From NCBI GenBank assembly GCA_947454355.1, contig CANGKR010000001.1, positions 1-48,640 on the forward strand: a DNA stretch of 48,640 nucleotides, read 5' to 3'. A model generated the notes under the pieces. That model was given only the letters and a program-made list of their open reading frames with translations, searched no databases and had not been told where the DNA came from. The position numbers and the translations under genes were made by a program. Below, piece after piece: positions 1-9,194 of the stretch (positions are counted from its first letter, which is position 1; each line of letters begins with the position of its first letter). Source of the DNA: Comamonadaceae bacterium (GTDB taxonomy: Bacteria; Pseudomonadota; Gammaproteobacteria; Burkholderiales; Burkholderiaceae_C).

Positions 1-2
1 GT

Positions 3-1304
3 TTGCTGGCCCAAGGTGAGTACAACGCTCAGGCGCAAACCTACACATTGACCTTGGCGCAAAGCTGCGCACCCACACCCGGCCAAGCGCATAAATTGCC
101 CTTCGTGATTCCGGTGCAGATGGGTTTGCTTGATGTCAATGGACAGGCCCTGCACTTACAACTGCAAGGCGAAACGCCCAACACATCAACCAACCGCACG
201 CTGGTGTTGACGCAGGCCAGTGAGAGCTTCACGTTTGTGAACATCGCCAGCGCCCCTGTGCCCTCTTTGCTGCGCGACTTCAGCGCTCCAGTATTGCTTG
301 ACGCCAACCTGAGTGATACAGAGCAATTGATTTTGCTGGCGCACGACAGCAATGCATTCAACCGCTGGGAAGCCGGTCAACGCTTGGCTTTGAATCGGGC
401 ATTGGCCTTCATCGCCTCCAATGCTGACCCGGCAACCACCCCGGTACTGGACGAGGCTTACATCGCTGCCATGCGAGCCGTGCTGAGAAATCCGGAACTG
501 GATGCTGCATTCAAGGAAATCACCTTGAATCTGCCCTCAGAAGGCTATATCGCTGAGCAATTGCAAGAAGTCGATCCACAGCAGGTGCATGCGGTACGCG
601 AAGCCATGCGCCGTCAAATGGCGCAGGCTCTGCAAGCCGACTGGGTCTGGGCCTATGAAACGCACAAGGTGCTGGGCGCCTACAGCCCCGATGCAGTGTC
701 CAGCGGACGTCGCGCCTTGAGCGGCATGGCGCTGACCATGCTGTGCGTTGCTGAAGGTGGTGGTGTGTGGCCTGGTAAGGCCTACCAGGCTTTCAAAGAC
801 GCACACAACATGACCGACCGTTTCAACGCCTTGTCCGCCCTGGTGGTCAGCGGTCATGCCCTGGCCAAAGAGGCGCTGGCTAAGTTCCACGCTTTGTTCA
901 AAGACGAAGCCTTGGTGATCGACAAATGGTTTGCACTGCAAGCGCAAGCACCAGACCACGGTGGACAGGTTTTGCCTGCTGTGCGCTTGCTGATGCAGCA
1001 CCCTGACTTCAATCTGCGCAATCCCAACCGTGCGCGCAGCTTGATCTTCAGTTACTGCAATGCCAACCCTGGCGCTTTCCACCGCACTGATGCTGCTGGT
1101 TATGTGTTCTGGAGCGAGCGCGTGATCGAGCTGGATGCCATCAACCCGCAAGTGGCCGCACGCTTGGCACGCGCCATGGACCGATGGCGCAAACTGGCCC
1201 CCGCTTACCGCAACGCTGCGCAAGTGGCGCTCGAGCGCGTGGCGGCCAAGGCCGACTTGTCCAATGATGTGCGAGAAGTCATCAGCCGCGCTCTGGCGGA
1301 CTGA
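3..1304 (+). CDS. pepN: Aminopeptidase N, C-terminal part (5' end outside window)
   Basis: Typical PepN C-terminal motifs PSLLRDFSAPV, DAFNRWEAGQ-like (SNAFNRWEAGQ), IDKWF, NPNRARSL, NPQVAARL. Confidence 0.95.
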   Translation: MLAQGEYNAQAQTYTLTLAQSCAPTPGQAHKLPFVIPVQMGLLDVNGQALHLQLQGETPNTSTNRTLVLTQASESFTFVNIASAPVPSLLRDFSAPVLLDANLSDTEQLILLAHDSNAFNRWEAGQRLALNRALAFIASNADPATTPVLDEAYIAAMRAVLRNPELDAAFKEITLNLPSEGYIAEQLQEVDPQQVHAVREAMRRQMAQALQADWVWAYETHKVLGAYSPDAVSSGRRALSGMALTMLCVAEGGGVWPGKAYQAFKDAHNMTDRFNALSALVVSGHALAKEALAKFHALFKDEALVIDKWFALQAQAPDHGGQVLPAVRLLMQHPDFNLRNPNRARSLIFSYCNANPGAFHRTDAAGYVFWSERVIELDAINPQVAARLARAMDRWRKLAPAYRNAAQVALERVAAKADLSNDVREVISRALAD

Positions 1305-1337
1305 AAGCCTGCCCACAGACCTCCCAAAGGAAAACCC

Positions 1338-2342
1338 ATGTCCTCTCATGTCTCCCTCTCGCGCTACCTGGTCGAAGAGCAACGCCTGCACGGCAAAATT
1401 CCCGCCCAGTTGCGTTTGCTGCTGGAGGTGGTAGCCCGTGCTTGCAAAGGCATCAGCCATGCTGTCAACAAAGGGGCTTTGGGCGATGTGATGGGTTCAG
1501 CTGGCAGCGAGAACGTGCAAGGTGAGGTCCAGAAAAAACTGGACATCATTGCGAATGAAGTATTGATCGAAGCCAACGAGTGGGGCGGTCATTTGGCCGC
1601 CATGGCCTCGGAAGAAATGGACAGCATTTATGTGGTGCCCAACCGCTACCCACAAGGCGAGTACCTGTTGCTGTTTGATCCCTTGGATGGCTCCAGCAAC
1701 ATCGACGTGAACGTCAGCATTGGCACGATCTTCAGTGTGCTGCAAAAACCTGACGGCAACAGTGCTGTGACAGAAAAAGATTTTTTGCAAGCGGGCGCAA
1801 AGCAAGTGGCGGCCGGTTACTGCGTGTATGGCCCACAAACCATGCTGGTGCTGACCGTAGGCGATGGGGTGGTGATGTTCACCCTGGACCGCGAGCAAGG
1901 CTCTTTTGTACTTACCCAGGAAAAAGTGCAGATCCCGGAGGACACGCAAGAATTTGCCATCAACATGAGCAACATGCGCCACTGGGCAGCGCCGGTCAAA
2001 CGCTATGTGGACGAATGCCTGCAAGGCCAGGAAGGCGTGCGGGGTAAGAACTTCAATATGCGCTGGATCGCCAGCATGGTGGCCGATGTCCACCGCATTT
2101 TGATGCGCGGCGGCATTTTCATGTACCCCTGGGACCAACGCGAACCGAACAAGCCCGGCAAGCTTCGTTTGATGTACGAAGCCAACCCGATGAGTTGGTT
2201 GATCGAACAAGCGGGTGGCGCTGCCACCAATGGCCATGAACGCATTTTGAACATCCAACCCGCACAACTGCATGAACGTGTCAGCGTGATTTTGGGCTCC
2301 AAAAACGAAGTCGAACGCGTGACCACCTACCATCGGTCTTGA
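1338..2342 (+). CDS. fbp: Fructose-1,6-bisphosphatase class 1
   Basis: [36 protein letters not shown] motifs. Confidence 0.97.
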   Translation: MSSHVSLSRYLVEEQRLHGKIPAQLRLLLEVVARACKGISHAVNKGALGDVMGSAGSENVQGEVQKKLDIIANEVLIEANEWGGHLAAMASEEMDSIYVVPNRYPQGEYLLLFDPLDGSSNIDVNVSIGTIFSVLQKPDGNSAVTEKDFLQAGAKQVAAGYCVYGPQTMLVLTVGDGVVMFTLDREQGSFVLTQEKVQIPEDTQEFAINMSNMRHWAAPVKRYVDECLQGQEGVRGKNFNMRWIASMVADVHRILMRGGIFMYPWDQREPNKPGKLRLMYEANPMSWLIEQAGGAATNGHERILNIQPAQLHERVSVILGSKNEVERVTTYHRS

Positions 2343-2353
2343 GGTGCTGCGGC

Positions 2354-3127
2354 TTAGCGTCGCATAGCCTTCAACCCCTTTTGCAGGTAGACGGCAGCAG
2401 CTTCAGGTGTCTGCAAAAAAGCGATCCACGATGTTGCTGCCTCTTTCACAGCCGTGTCTGTGCCCAAGCCTGCTGTGTAGGTGGTGATGTTGTTGTAAGC
2501 CCCAGGCGGCGGACCCAACAAGTCCACGCCCGAGACGGCCAGAACTTCAGGCTCTTGCTGGATGGCCAGATCGGCCTCGCCACTGACCACCAGCACCGCT
2601 GCGTTGCCACTGGGCGGCGGGAACTTGGCTTTGGCCTCAATGGCCGAAGCGATCCCCATTTGCGCCAGCGTCTTGGCAAAAAACACCCCACTGGCACCAC
2701 CGAAAGCTGGGTTCGAATAAGCAATCGCGCGGGCCTGCAACAATGTTTGTTTGTAGGCCTCAGGCGTTGAAATGTCCGGTTTGGCAGCGCCTTGTTTGAC
2801 CACCACCGCCATGCCTGAGCTAGCAAAGTTAACTTGTGAACCGGCCTGGGCTCGACCTTCTTTGACCATAGCATCCAGGCTTTGTTCGGTCAGGACCAGC
2901 ACATCTGCCTTGTCACCCGACTGAAGCCGCTTGACCAAGACCGCTGCAGTGCCCCAAGTAATGTGCAACTTATGCCCAGAGAACCGTTCGAAAGCTGGCG
3001 CCAAGGCCTCTAGGGCAGACTGCACACCAATGGTGCTGTAAACCTGAACCTGCGCTGCCTGCGCCCCACTCGCTGAAACTCCGCACACGACAACTAGGTT
3101 ACAGAGAAAAAATTTGGACATTGACAT
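2354..3127 (-). CDS. ModA-like periplasmic substrate-binding protein (SBP_bac_11), orphan
   Basis: Signal peptide (ASGAQA), KPDISTPEA, IAYSNP..GASG, GEADLAIQQ; ATG at 3127 chosen over the upstream ORF extension. Confidence 0.75.
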   Translation of the reverse strand: MSMSKFFLCNLVVVCGVSASGAQAAQVQVYSTIGVQSALEALAPAFERFSGHKLHITWGTAAVLVKRLQSGDKADVLVLTEQSLDAMVKEGRAQAGSQVNFASSGMAVVVKQGAAKPDISTPEAYKQTLLQARAIAYSNPAFGGASGVFFAKTLAQMGIASAIEAKAKFPPPSGNAAVLVVSGEADLAIQQEPEVLAVSGVDLLGPPPGAYNNITTYTAGLGTDTAVKEAATSWIAFLQTPEAAAVYLQKGLKAMRR

Positions 3128-3185
3128 TAGCACACCTTTCAAGCAAATAGATTGAACAGACTTCAATTCATTACATGATAAAAAT

Positions 3186-4406
3186 TCAAGCCACGATGCC
3201 TTTGTCTTTGAGCGCTTGGATTTGCGCATCGCTCAGGCCCAATTCGTGCAAGACATCGTCTGTGTCTTGCCCCAGCGTGGGCGCATTGCGGCGATGGTTA
3301 CCGGGTGTGCGTGACAGCTTGGGCACGATGCCAGGGACCATCAAATCCGTGCCATCGCTCATGCGCACGTTTTGGAGCATGCCCCGCGCTAGGTAATGAG
3401 GATCGGCGGCAATGTCAGCGACGTTGTAAATGCGGCCGGCGGGTACGGCGGCAGCGTCCAAGGCCTGGAGCACGTCGGCCACGCTCAGCTGGGCAGTCCA
3501 TTGCCCAATCGCTTCGTCAATCTCGGTGATGCGCCGGACGCGTCCGGCATTGTCAGCCAAGGCAGGATCTTGGCCCAAGTCCTCGCGGCCCATGCAGGCC
3601 ATCAGACGTTTAAAAATGCTGTCGCCATTGCCCGCAATCAAAGCGTAACCCCCGTCCGCACAGCGATAGGCATTGCTGGGTGCGATGCCTGGCAATGCGC
3701 TGCCTGCCGCTTGGCGAATCACGCCAAATTCGCTGTATTCGGGCAACAGGCTTTCCATGCAATTGAACACCGCTTCGTACAAAGCCACGTCGATCACCTG
3801 GCCTTGCCCACTGGTTTGTCTTTCGTGCAAAGCCATCATGATACCGATCACACCATGCAAGGAAGCCAGCGTATCGCCAATGCTCACACCCACCCGCACC
3901 GGCACACGGCCTGGCTCAGCTGTGAGATGTCTCAAGCCACTCATGGTTTCAGCTACCACACCAAAGCCAGGCTTGTCGCGGTAGGGGCCACTTTGTCCGT
4001 AGCCGCTGATGCGAAGCATGATGAGTTTCGGGTTCAGGGCCAGCAGAGCCTCAGGGCCCAGCCCCCAGCCTTCCATGGCGCCAGGCCTGAAGTTTTCAAT
4101 CAGCACATCGGCTTGGGAGGCCAACTGGCTGACAATAGCCTGAGCAGCAGGCTCTTTCAAATCGAGGACCAAAGAGCGTTTGTTTCGCGACTGCACTTGC
4201 CACCAGACCGAGGTACCGTCCTTGAGCAATCGCCATTGCCGCAAGGGGTCGCCCGTGCGAGGGGGCTCGATTTTGATGACATCAGCACCAAAATCCGAAA
4301 GAGTTTTAGCCGCAAAGGGACCGGCAATCAATTGGCCCAGTTCCAGGACTTTCAAGCCCTTCAAGGGTCCACTGGCGGGTGCAAATTCAGTTGTGGACGG
4401 TGTCAT
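3186..4406 (-). CDS. CaiB/BaiF family (class III) CoA-transferase
   Basis: GPLKGLKVLELGQLIAGP, GADVIKIEPP, RNKRS, ENFRPG, APTLGQDT. Confidence 0.93.
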   Translation of the reverse strand: MTPSTTEFAPASGPLKGLKVLELGQLIAGPFAAKTLSDFGADVIKIEPPRTGDPLRQWRLLKDGTSVWWQVQSRNKRSLVLDLKEPAAQAIVSQLASQADVLIENFRPGAMEGWGLGPEALLALNPKLIMLRISGYGQSGPYRDKPGFGVVAETMSGLRHLTAEPGRVPVRVGVSIGDTLASLHGVIGIMMALHERQTSGQGQVIDVALYEAVFNCMESLLPEYSEFGVIRQAAGSALPGIAPSNAYRCADGGYALIAGNGDSIFKRLMACMGREDLGQDPALADNAGRVRRITEIDEAIGQWTAQLSVADVLQALDAAAVPAGRIYNVADIAADPHYLARGMLQNVRMSDGTDLMVPGIVPKLSRTPGNHRRNAPTLGQDTDDVLHELGLSDAQIQALKDKGIVA

Positions 4407-4409
4407 GGC

Positions 4410-4541
4410 TCACCAACAGAAGATCAAGGCCAACATCGGCACATCGTCAGCCAAATTCAATACGACGTAGGCAGACACCCGGTAGGCTACAGCGGTCCAT
4501 TGCTCCCAAAGCGCAGGCCAAGGCTGTGGCTCGGTATTCAT
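4410..4541 (-). CDS. Possible 43-aa small ORF or gene remnant coupled to the arnT-like gene
   Basis: ATG (4541) overlaps the arnT TGA (ATGA) and the stop lies 3 nt before the CoA-transferase ATG; hydrophobic C-terminus. Confidence 0.3.
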   Translation of the reverse strand: MNTEPQPWPALWEQWTAVAYRVSAYVVLNLADDVPMLALIFCW

Positions 4542-6073
4542 GGAGGGCAACGGGCACCAGGCGTGGCGCCTGCAGGGCTTGAGCTGTAAAGTGACCAACC
4601 CTCCCCCGCCTTGACCAAGGTCCAGCCTTGCAGGTCGGACACACGGTCGTAATTGTTGGGTGCCACCAGCCAGTTGCCGGCTTGTTGGCTGGCCGGGGCC
4701 AGCACATCTGGAGTTTTCAGGACCTGGCCGGCTTGGGCATCGAAGTCAGCGCCCTCGAAGACTTCGCGCGTCCAGTTATCACCAGCGGTTTGGCGGACCT
4801 GGGGCCAATTTTGCACCACCACCATCTGCTTTTTCTCTTGAATCAGGAATGGCAGATCGTAGGGGTAGCCGCCGACCAGATACACCGTGTCGCCCGGTTG
4901 CTTCAAACACTTGAGCGTGGGCGCGATGTCAATCGTGTAGCGGTCACGCGTGACGTCTTCGACCATGTAGTTGGTGATCACGGCCGTGGCCAAAGACAAG
5001 GTCACCAAGCCAGCCCACAAGGGGCGGGCATACCGACGGTGCGCCACTGACCTCTCCCATCCCCAAGCAGCCAACAAGGCCAAGGGTGGCATGATCGGCA
5101 AAATGTAGCCCACAAGTTTGGACTTGGGGATACTGAAAAAAATCGCAATGGCCAGGACCCAGACCCACATCAAAGAAAACACACGGCGATCCACCTGGGG
5201 GTGGACATCGCTAGCACGCCCCACCTGCGCCAGAACAAAGAACAACCAAGGCCCCAAGAGTAACAACAAGGCCAATCCATAGAACCACCAGGGCTGCACA
5301 TTGTTGAAGGTGGTGCCTGTATAGCGTTGAAACTGCTGAGCGCCGAACAAATAGTCCCAAAGCCCCGGGAATTGCTGCTGCGCCAAAACGAACCAAGGTA
5401 CAGCGATGACTGCGAAGATCAACAGGCCACTGAACCATGGAAAGCTGAGCATCTTGCGAGCCTGGCCGCTCCAGATCAACCAAACGAAGATCACCAAGCC
5501 GGGCAGTACCAAGCCGATCAAACCTTTGGACAACACACCCAAGGCGCAAGCCACAAAACCCCAACGCGCCAAACCTGCATGAGGGCGCTCACCGTGCAAA
5601 AAAGACAGGCCAAATAACCAAATCGCGATCCCAATCCAGGTGGCGACCAACATATCATGGTTGACGTATTGGCCTCCCGCTAAAAACGTCAGGCTTGTAC
5701 CGAGAATGACAATGGCACGGCGGGCGATCAGCTCACCGCTGAAGCGCCGCGCACACCACCACAAGGCAACCAACATCAAGCCAGCGTTCAGGGCTGGCAC
5801 CAATCGGGCAGCGACAGCGTTTTGACCCAACACCGACATTGACGAGGCTTGCAACCAATGCAGCAAAGGCGGCTTGTGAAAGAACGGAATGCCGTTCATG
5901 CGCGGGGTCAGCCAGTCGCCTGATTGCAGCATCCAGCGACCGACTTCGGCGTAGCGCCCTTCATCGGGCACAGCCAGGGGACGCACCGAGGACAAGTACA
6001 AAAGCAGCACCCACAAGACCAACAAAATCAGCCAAGAGGTCTGGGAAGAGCGGGAAGACTGAGAAGATTTCAT
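4538..6073 (-). CDS. ArnT-like / GT39-PMT family lipid-carrier-dependent glycosyltransferase
   Basis: DEGRYAE, F-H-KPPL, LSKG, PWWFY, KSKLVGYILP motifs; many TM segments. Confidence 0.88.
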   Translation of the reverse strand: MKSSQSSRSSQTSWLILLVLWVLLLYLSSVRPLAVPDEGRYAEVGRWMLQSGDWLTPRMNGIPFFHKPPLLHWLQASSMSVLGQNAVAARLVPALNAGLMLVALWWCARRFSGELIARRAIVILGTSLTFLAGGQYVNHDMLVATWIGIAIWLFGLSFLHGERPHAGLARWGFVACALGVLSKGLIGLVLPGLVIFVWLIWSGQARKMLSFPWFSGLLIFAVIAVPWFVLAQQQFPGLWDYLFGAQQFQRYTGTTFNNVQPWWFYGLALLLLLGPWLFFVLAQVGRASDVHPQVDRRVFSLMWVWVLAIAIFFSIPKSKLVGYILPIMPPLALLAAWGWERSVAHRRYARPLWAGLVTLSLATAVITNYMVEDVTRDRYTIDIAPTLKCLKQPGDTVYLVGGYPYDLPFLIQEKKQMVVVQNWPQVRQTAGDNWTREVFEGADFDAQAGQVLKTPDVLAPASQQAGNWLVAPNNYDRVSDLQGWTLVKAGEGWSLYSSSPAGATPGARCPP

Positions 6074-6140
6074 CACAGCTATCTAGTGTAATGGGTTCCC
6101 ATTCCGGCTGGCCGAGGCTTTTTCGGTGCGCAAAGCTAAG

Positions 6141-7199
6141 TCAGGAGGCCTCAGGAGGGCTTTCAAAGCGATCCAACAGAACTCGCAACTCTTTGACGAT
6201 TTGCAAGCGCATATCCTCCGTTAGATCCGAGACTTGACTGTCCAAGGCCATGCCATCGTCAGTGCTGATCTTGATTTGAAAAGAAGACGACTCAGGCTCA
6301 TGACGCCCCAATACTGCATAGGTTTGAATGGGGCGAGATATGCCCTTTAAGATTACCGAAGGACGATGCTCAACCTTTACCAGATCAGACACATGCGCAT
6401 AGGTTTCATGGGTGATCAAAATGCCATCGGGGTCGGCTTCGGCTTCAATGCGCGCAGCCACATTCACCTCGGCGCCAATGATGGTGTAAGTCAAGCGTTG
6501 ATCGCTGCCAAAGTTCCCTACATTGCAGTAGCCGGTATTGATGCCCATGCGAGTTTGAAAGGGCTCGACAAATCCACGGCGGCGCCAAGCGGATTTCAAT
6601 TTAGCCAATTCTTCTTGCATCTCCATCGCCATGGCCACGCAGCTCAAGGCATCCTGCTGTTCGCCTTTGGTGTCCGGATCGCCAAAGAAGACCATCATTG
6701 CATCGCCGATGTATTTGTCGATCGTGGCACCGTGTTTGAGCGCCACTTGTGTCAGTAAAGAAAAATACTCATTCAAATAAGTGGTCAGGGCTTCAGGCTG
6801 AAGACTCTCGGAAGTGGCCGTGAAGTTTCGAATGTCGCTGAAGAAAACGGTCAGTTTTTTGCGCCGGGTCGTGATCTGCACATCTTGGCGCCCCGAAAAA
6901 ATCGCTTCATGTACTTGAGGCGGAAGGTACTTGCCCAATTTTTGTGACAAGTCTTCAAAGCTTTTACGCTGCTTTTCCAATTCAATCGCTTGGGACTTCA
7001 GGTTTTGGTTGAAGTCCACCAGCTTTTTTTGCTGGCGATCCGAATGGCGCGTCAGATGCTGGTTGTCTTGCATGGTCTCAGCCAATTGCGAGACCAATTG
7101 CTTTGCGTAAGTCAACACTTCTTCGTGTGTGCCGTGCGCAAACACGTCTTCAGCAACTTTGAGAAGGTCATTTTCCTTTGCAAACAGGTCAAAGGCCAT
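6141..7199 (-). CDS. Class III adenylate cyclase (IIIb-type) with N-terminal coiled coil
   Basis: FSDIRNFT (metal Asp), DKYIGDA (Lys specificity residue plus Asp), RMGINTG, YTIIG (Thr), VNVAAR (Asn/Arg). Confidence 0.92.
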   Translation of the reverse strand: MAFDLFAKENDLLKVAEDVFAHGTHEEVLTYAKQLVSQLAETMQDNQHLTRHSDRQQKKLVDFNQNLKSQAIELEKQRKSFEDLSQKLGKYLPPQVHEAIFSGRQDVQITTRRKKLTVFFSDIRNFTATSESLQPEALTTYLNEYFSLLTQVALKHGATIDKYIGDAMMVFFGDPDTKGEQQDALSCVAMAMEMQEELAKLKSAWRRRGFVEPFQTRMGINTGYCNVGNFGSDQRLTYTIIGAEVNVAARIEAEADPDGILITHETYAHVSDLVKVEHRPSVILKGISRPIQTYAVLGRHEPESSSFQIKISTDDGMALDSQVSDLTEDMRLQIVKELRVLLDRFESPPEAS

Positions 7200-7220
7200 G
7201 CTGAACTCCTGAGCAGGCCG

Positions 7221-7601
7221 TCAAACAGTGACCATCTGGAATGCGAGGTCTGGAAAGCGATCTTGAAAGTCTTCACCCAACTCTTGCATGACATCGTCAT
7301 CGTCTTGAAACTTCCAGGCGATGTTGATAACACCACCCTCTGTCTTTTTCTGCTGGAGCACTTCAAAGATGCGGTACAGGGCTTTCATGCTGCTGCTGTT
7401 GACATAAATCAACTCAAAACTGGCGGTAATTTCGGAACGCACTGTGATGAGCTGACGAACAGCTTCAATGACGGGGCCATAGAACGCAGCGACATCTTCA
7501 GGGTACGACTCCCCAGAGACAATCAATTGACCAGATCCAAACAAGACTTGTAAATTCGGTGTGCGATCGGTCGCTGCAATGATGATGTCAGAGTAACTCA
7601 T
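7221..7601 (-). CDS. SiaC family (DUF1987) regulatory phosphoprotein
   Basis: T.RTP, SGESYPED..FY.P, YVNSSS (equivalent of the Y-x-N-T-S-S phosphosite), W..DDD.M.ELGEDF. Confidence 0.88.
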   Translation of the reverse strand: MSYSDIIIAATDRTPNLQVLFGSGQLIVSGESYPEDVAAFYGPVIEAVRQLITVRSEITASFELIYVNSSSMKALYRIFEVLQQKKTEGGVINIAWKFQDDDDVMQELGEDFQDRFPDLAFQMVTV

Positions 7602-7603
7602 AT

Positions 7604-8128
7604 TCAGATCCTTGCCGCCAAAAAGTAATCTACTTGATCGGGCGATACCTCTTCAAAACCAAAGGAAATCGGGTGAGTAGAGTTGCGGGCAATTTGCAAC
7701 AAACCCAAGCCCGCACCAGGGCCCTCGTTTTCATTGGAACGTGACATGCCCTCACGGTACATTTGTCGAATCGTGTCTTTGTCGGATGATTGGATCAGTT
7801 CCAAGGTTTTGCGCAACTCGTCCGCTTTGCCGGGGCTGACACGATTGCCGCAAATCATGGTGATTTCGCCTTCGTTTTCAGAAATCACGATCATGCCCGC
7901 CGATCGCTCACCGCTGATGTTGTGCCAGATCAGGTTTTGAACCTGCTCCATGAACACCGAAAAAATGGTGCGGGCACGCTTTTGATCGTCACCCATGGCC
8001 AGAATGCGTGTGCGCAATATGTCGGCCAAGGACACCATCAGTTCATCAGTGACCTCGCCGTTGTAAGCCATGATGACGTTACTGCTCCGCATGGATTGAC
8101 GTAAATCTTTGGCATGTTGAATATTCAT
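7604..8128 (-). CDS. SiaB family protein kinase (GHKL-like)
   Basis: Y-N-G N-terminus, FSVFMEQVQN, GN, GAGLGLLQIAR.S motifs; position upstream of the siaC-like gene. Confidence 0.85.
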   Translation of the reverse strand: MNIQHAKDLRQSMRSSNVIMAYNGEVTDELMVSLADILRTRILAMGDDQKRARTIFSVFMEQVQNLIWHNISGERSAGMIVISENEGEITMICGNRVSPGKADELRKTLELIQSSDKDTIRQMYREGMSRSNENEGPGAGLGLLQIARNSTHPISFGFEEVSPDQVDYFLAARI

Positions 8129-8153
8129 GGAGAATTCTTTCAATCTACAATTT

Positions 8154-9194
8154 TCAAGCAGTTGGTGCTGGAGTCAAATGATGTACCGCTCTAGGGTCTT
8201 GAACCTTGAATGCCAGAATGGACAAATCATCTCGGCGCTCTTGGATGCCTTTCCACTCCTCCAGGGAAGTCATCAAAGCATTGGTAGTGGCAACGCAGCC
8301 CTCTGAAGCGAACTGACTCAAGCAGCGCATCAATCGACTGAATCCAAAAGAGCGCAAACCGCCCTCGGGTCGAATGCCCACTTGATCCACCAAACCATCT
8401 GTGCTCATGACGAACATGCGCTGAGGATCTATGCCGAGTTCATGCAAAACCGGGACACGCGGCATGGGATCGGAATAGCCCAAAGAAAAACGATCTGAAC
8501 CAATTCGCACCACACCATCACCAGGGTCCACGCAAAACAAATCAATGCGGCAACCCGAGAAATAAGCGGTGCTGTTGTGCGCATCGATTTGCAAAATGGC
8601 CGCATCACATCCGTCATTGCCTTCTGCACCAAGCTTGTCTTGGTTCAGACCCCGCCGCATGGCATGGTCTAATTTTTCCAAGGCCACATCGGGGGATGGC
8701 TCTTTGGCGTAGCCATAAATTTGCTCCAAAGAGGTGCTGGCCAGCAAAGACAGCATGGCGCCCGGGACACCATGGCCGGTGCAGTCCACCAACGCGATGC
8801 TGAAGCGCCCGTCCTGGTCGCCTGGAGAAATCCACCACAAATCACCGCCAATCGTGTCACGCGGCAACCACACCACCGAAAAATCTGAAAATCTTCTTTC
8901 AAACCGCTCAGCTTCTGGCAATTGGGCTTTTTGCAATCGACTTGCATAGCGCAATGAGTCCATCACTTGTTCCATCGCGATGGTCAACTCGGCTTGCTTT
9001 TGCTGAATCGCTTGACTGGCTTGCACCAACTCTTGGGACGACAAATCCAAGGTGCGTTCCACCAAGGTTTTGTCTTCATCCAAGCCGGTGTAAGCATCGT
9101 TGACCGCCTGCAAAAAAGGCTCCAGTTCGGGCGCAAAGACCCCGCCCAGATGCTTTCGTATCTGGCGCTGTAGCAGGCGGTGCGACAAGCTCAT
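8154..9194 (-). CDS. SpoIIE/PP2C Ser/Thr phosphatase (soluble SiaA-like)
   Basis: SLRYASRLQ, PRDTIGGD, VDCTGHGVPGA, DGCD, STDG..DQ.G, RRDDLS; no TM or periplasmic sensor. Confidence 0.92.
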   Translation of the reverse strand: MSLSHRLLQRQIRKHLGGVFAPELEPFLQAVNDAYTGLDEDKTLVERTLDLSSQELVQASQAIQQKQAELTIAMEQVMDSLRYASRLQKAQLPEAERFERRFSDFSVVWLPRDTIGGDLWWISPGDQDGRFSIALVDCTGHGVPGAMLSLLASTSLEQIYGYAKEPSPDVALEKLDHAMRRGLNQDKLGAEGNDGCDAAILQIDAHNSTAYFSGCRIDLFCVDPGDGVVRIGSDRFSLGYSDPMPRVPVLHELGIDPQRMFVMSTDGLVDQVGIRPEGGLRSFGFSRLMRCLSQFASEGCVATTNALMTSLEEWKGIQERRDDLSILAFKVQDPRAVHHLTPAPTA

